From NCBI GenBank assembly GCA_051530055.1, contig CM121341.1, forward strand, positions 10,146,784-10,210,783: a stretch of DNA of 64,000 bases. The letters are read 5' to 3'. Source of the DNA: Neoechinorhynchus agilis (lineage: Eukaryota > Animalia > Acanthocephala). The notes beneath the pieces were generated by a model that worked only from the letters and a program-made list of their open reading frames with translations, made no database searches and was not told the DNA's origin. The translations under genes were made by a program, and so were the position numbers. Positions 63,679-64,000 of the stretch are shown one piece after another (within the stretch, counting starts at the first letter, position 1; the number at the start of each line of letters is the position of its first letter).

Positions 63679-64000
63679 ATGACTGACAGTAGTGGATTAA
63701 TGCAATCGTCACCGGTATCCAGTTCATCGACACTAACCGATCACCAACAGCAGTCAGGAAACAAAATCATGCGAGTTATTGGTAAGGCATTGGTTAGAGC
63801 AGGTCTTGAAAACGCGTTTGAGGAATGTATCCGAAGTCAGTCTGTGCAATCTCCTTGTATTCTAATGGATAGACTAATGGAAAGTCGCATTTTGAACAAC
63901 GATCCGCCAACACTTCCTGGAAGCTTCCTATTGGAAATTTGTCGTATATGGCGTTGGCCAGATTTAAAGAACCATTTTGAACTAGTTACGGTGAACCATT
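63679..64000 (+). CDS. Divergent SMAD, MH1 domain; runs off the window end
   Basis: Open frame from ATG 63679: CILMDRLMESRI...LLEICRIWRWPDLKNHFELVTV matches the MH1 signature CRLWRWPDL..HHELK. Confidence 0.8.
   Translation, partial: MTDSSGLMQSSPVSSSSTLTDHQQQSGNKIMRVIGKALVRAGLENAFEECIRSQSVQSPCILMDRLMESRILNNDPPTLPGSFLLEICRIWRWPDLKNHFELVTVNH

Noticed and set aside
1-64000. CRISPR arrays, rRNA, snRNA or SL RNA genes, telomeric repeats
   Set aside because: None recognised by eye. The repeats present are eukaryotic tandem, foldback or retroelement types.

Overview
Gene-dense, AT-rich eukaryotic nuclear DNA from a fast-evolving animal; a SMAD MH1 ORF and a neuronal calcium sensor point to Metazoa, but I cannot name the species. 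Host genes are importin-13-like, an NCS EF-hand protein, puromycin-sensitive aminopeptidase, a possible AGK/Tim54-like gene, a CDK1-like kinase, an MDH2 fragment, cis-prenyltransferase, 2-Cys peroxiredoxin, CISD3, XAB2/SYF1, TTC27 and a SMAD, plus tRNA-Arg(UCU) and tRNA-Leu(AAG). They sit among many retroelement remnants (CRE-clade RLE elements, Penelope, CR1/L2-like, RTE) and foldback elements. Main observation: there appear to be two intron classes. Ordinary introns have strong GTAAG/GTGAGT...YAG signals and no obvious structure. About ten other interruptions in conserved genes have unrelated sequences, but their two ends base-pair into 9-16 bp stems rich in G-U pairs on the sense strand. 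In CDK1, NPEPPS and Prx no GT-AG excision restores the conserved protein motif. In the other cases a weak canonical solution exists and I say so. Secondary observations: foldback elements whose arms are degenerate minimal hammerhead motifs, acceptor-like AG just before many start codons (possible trans-splicing), and a head-to-head gene pair only 23 bp apart. All splice boundaries were inferred by hand from reading frame and remembered homolog motifs; no cDNA, alignment or folding program was run.
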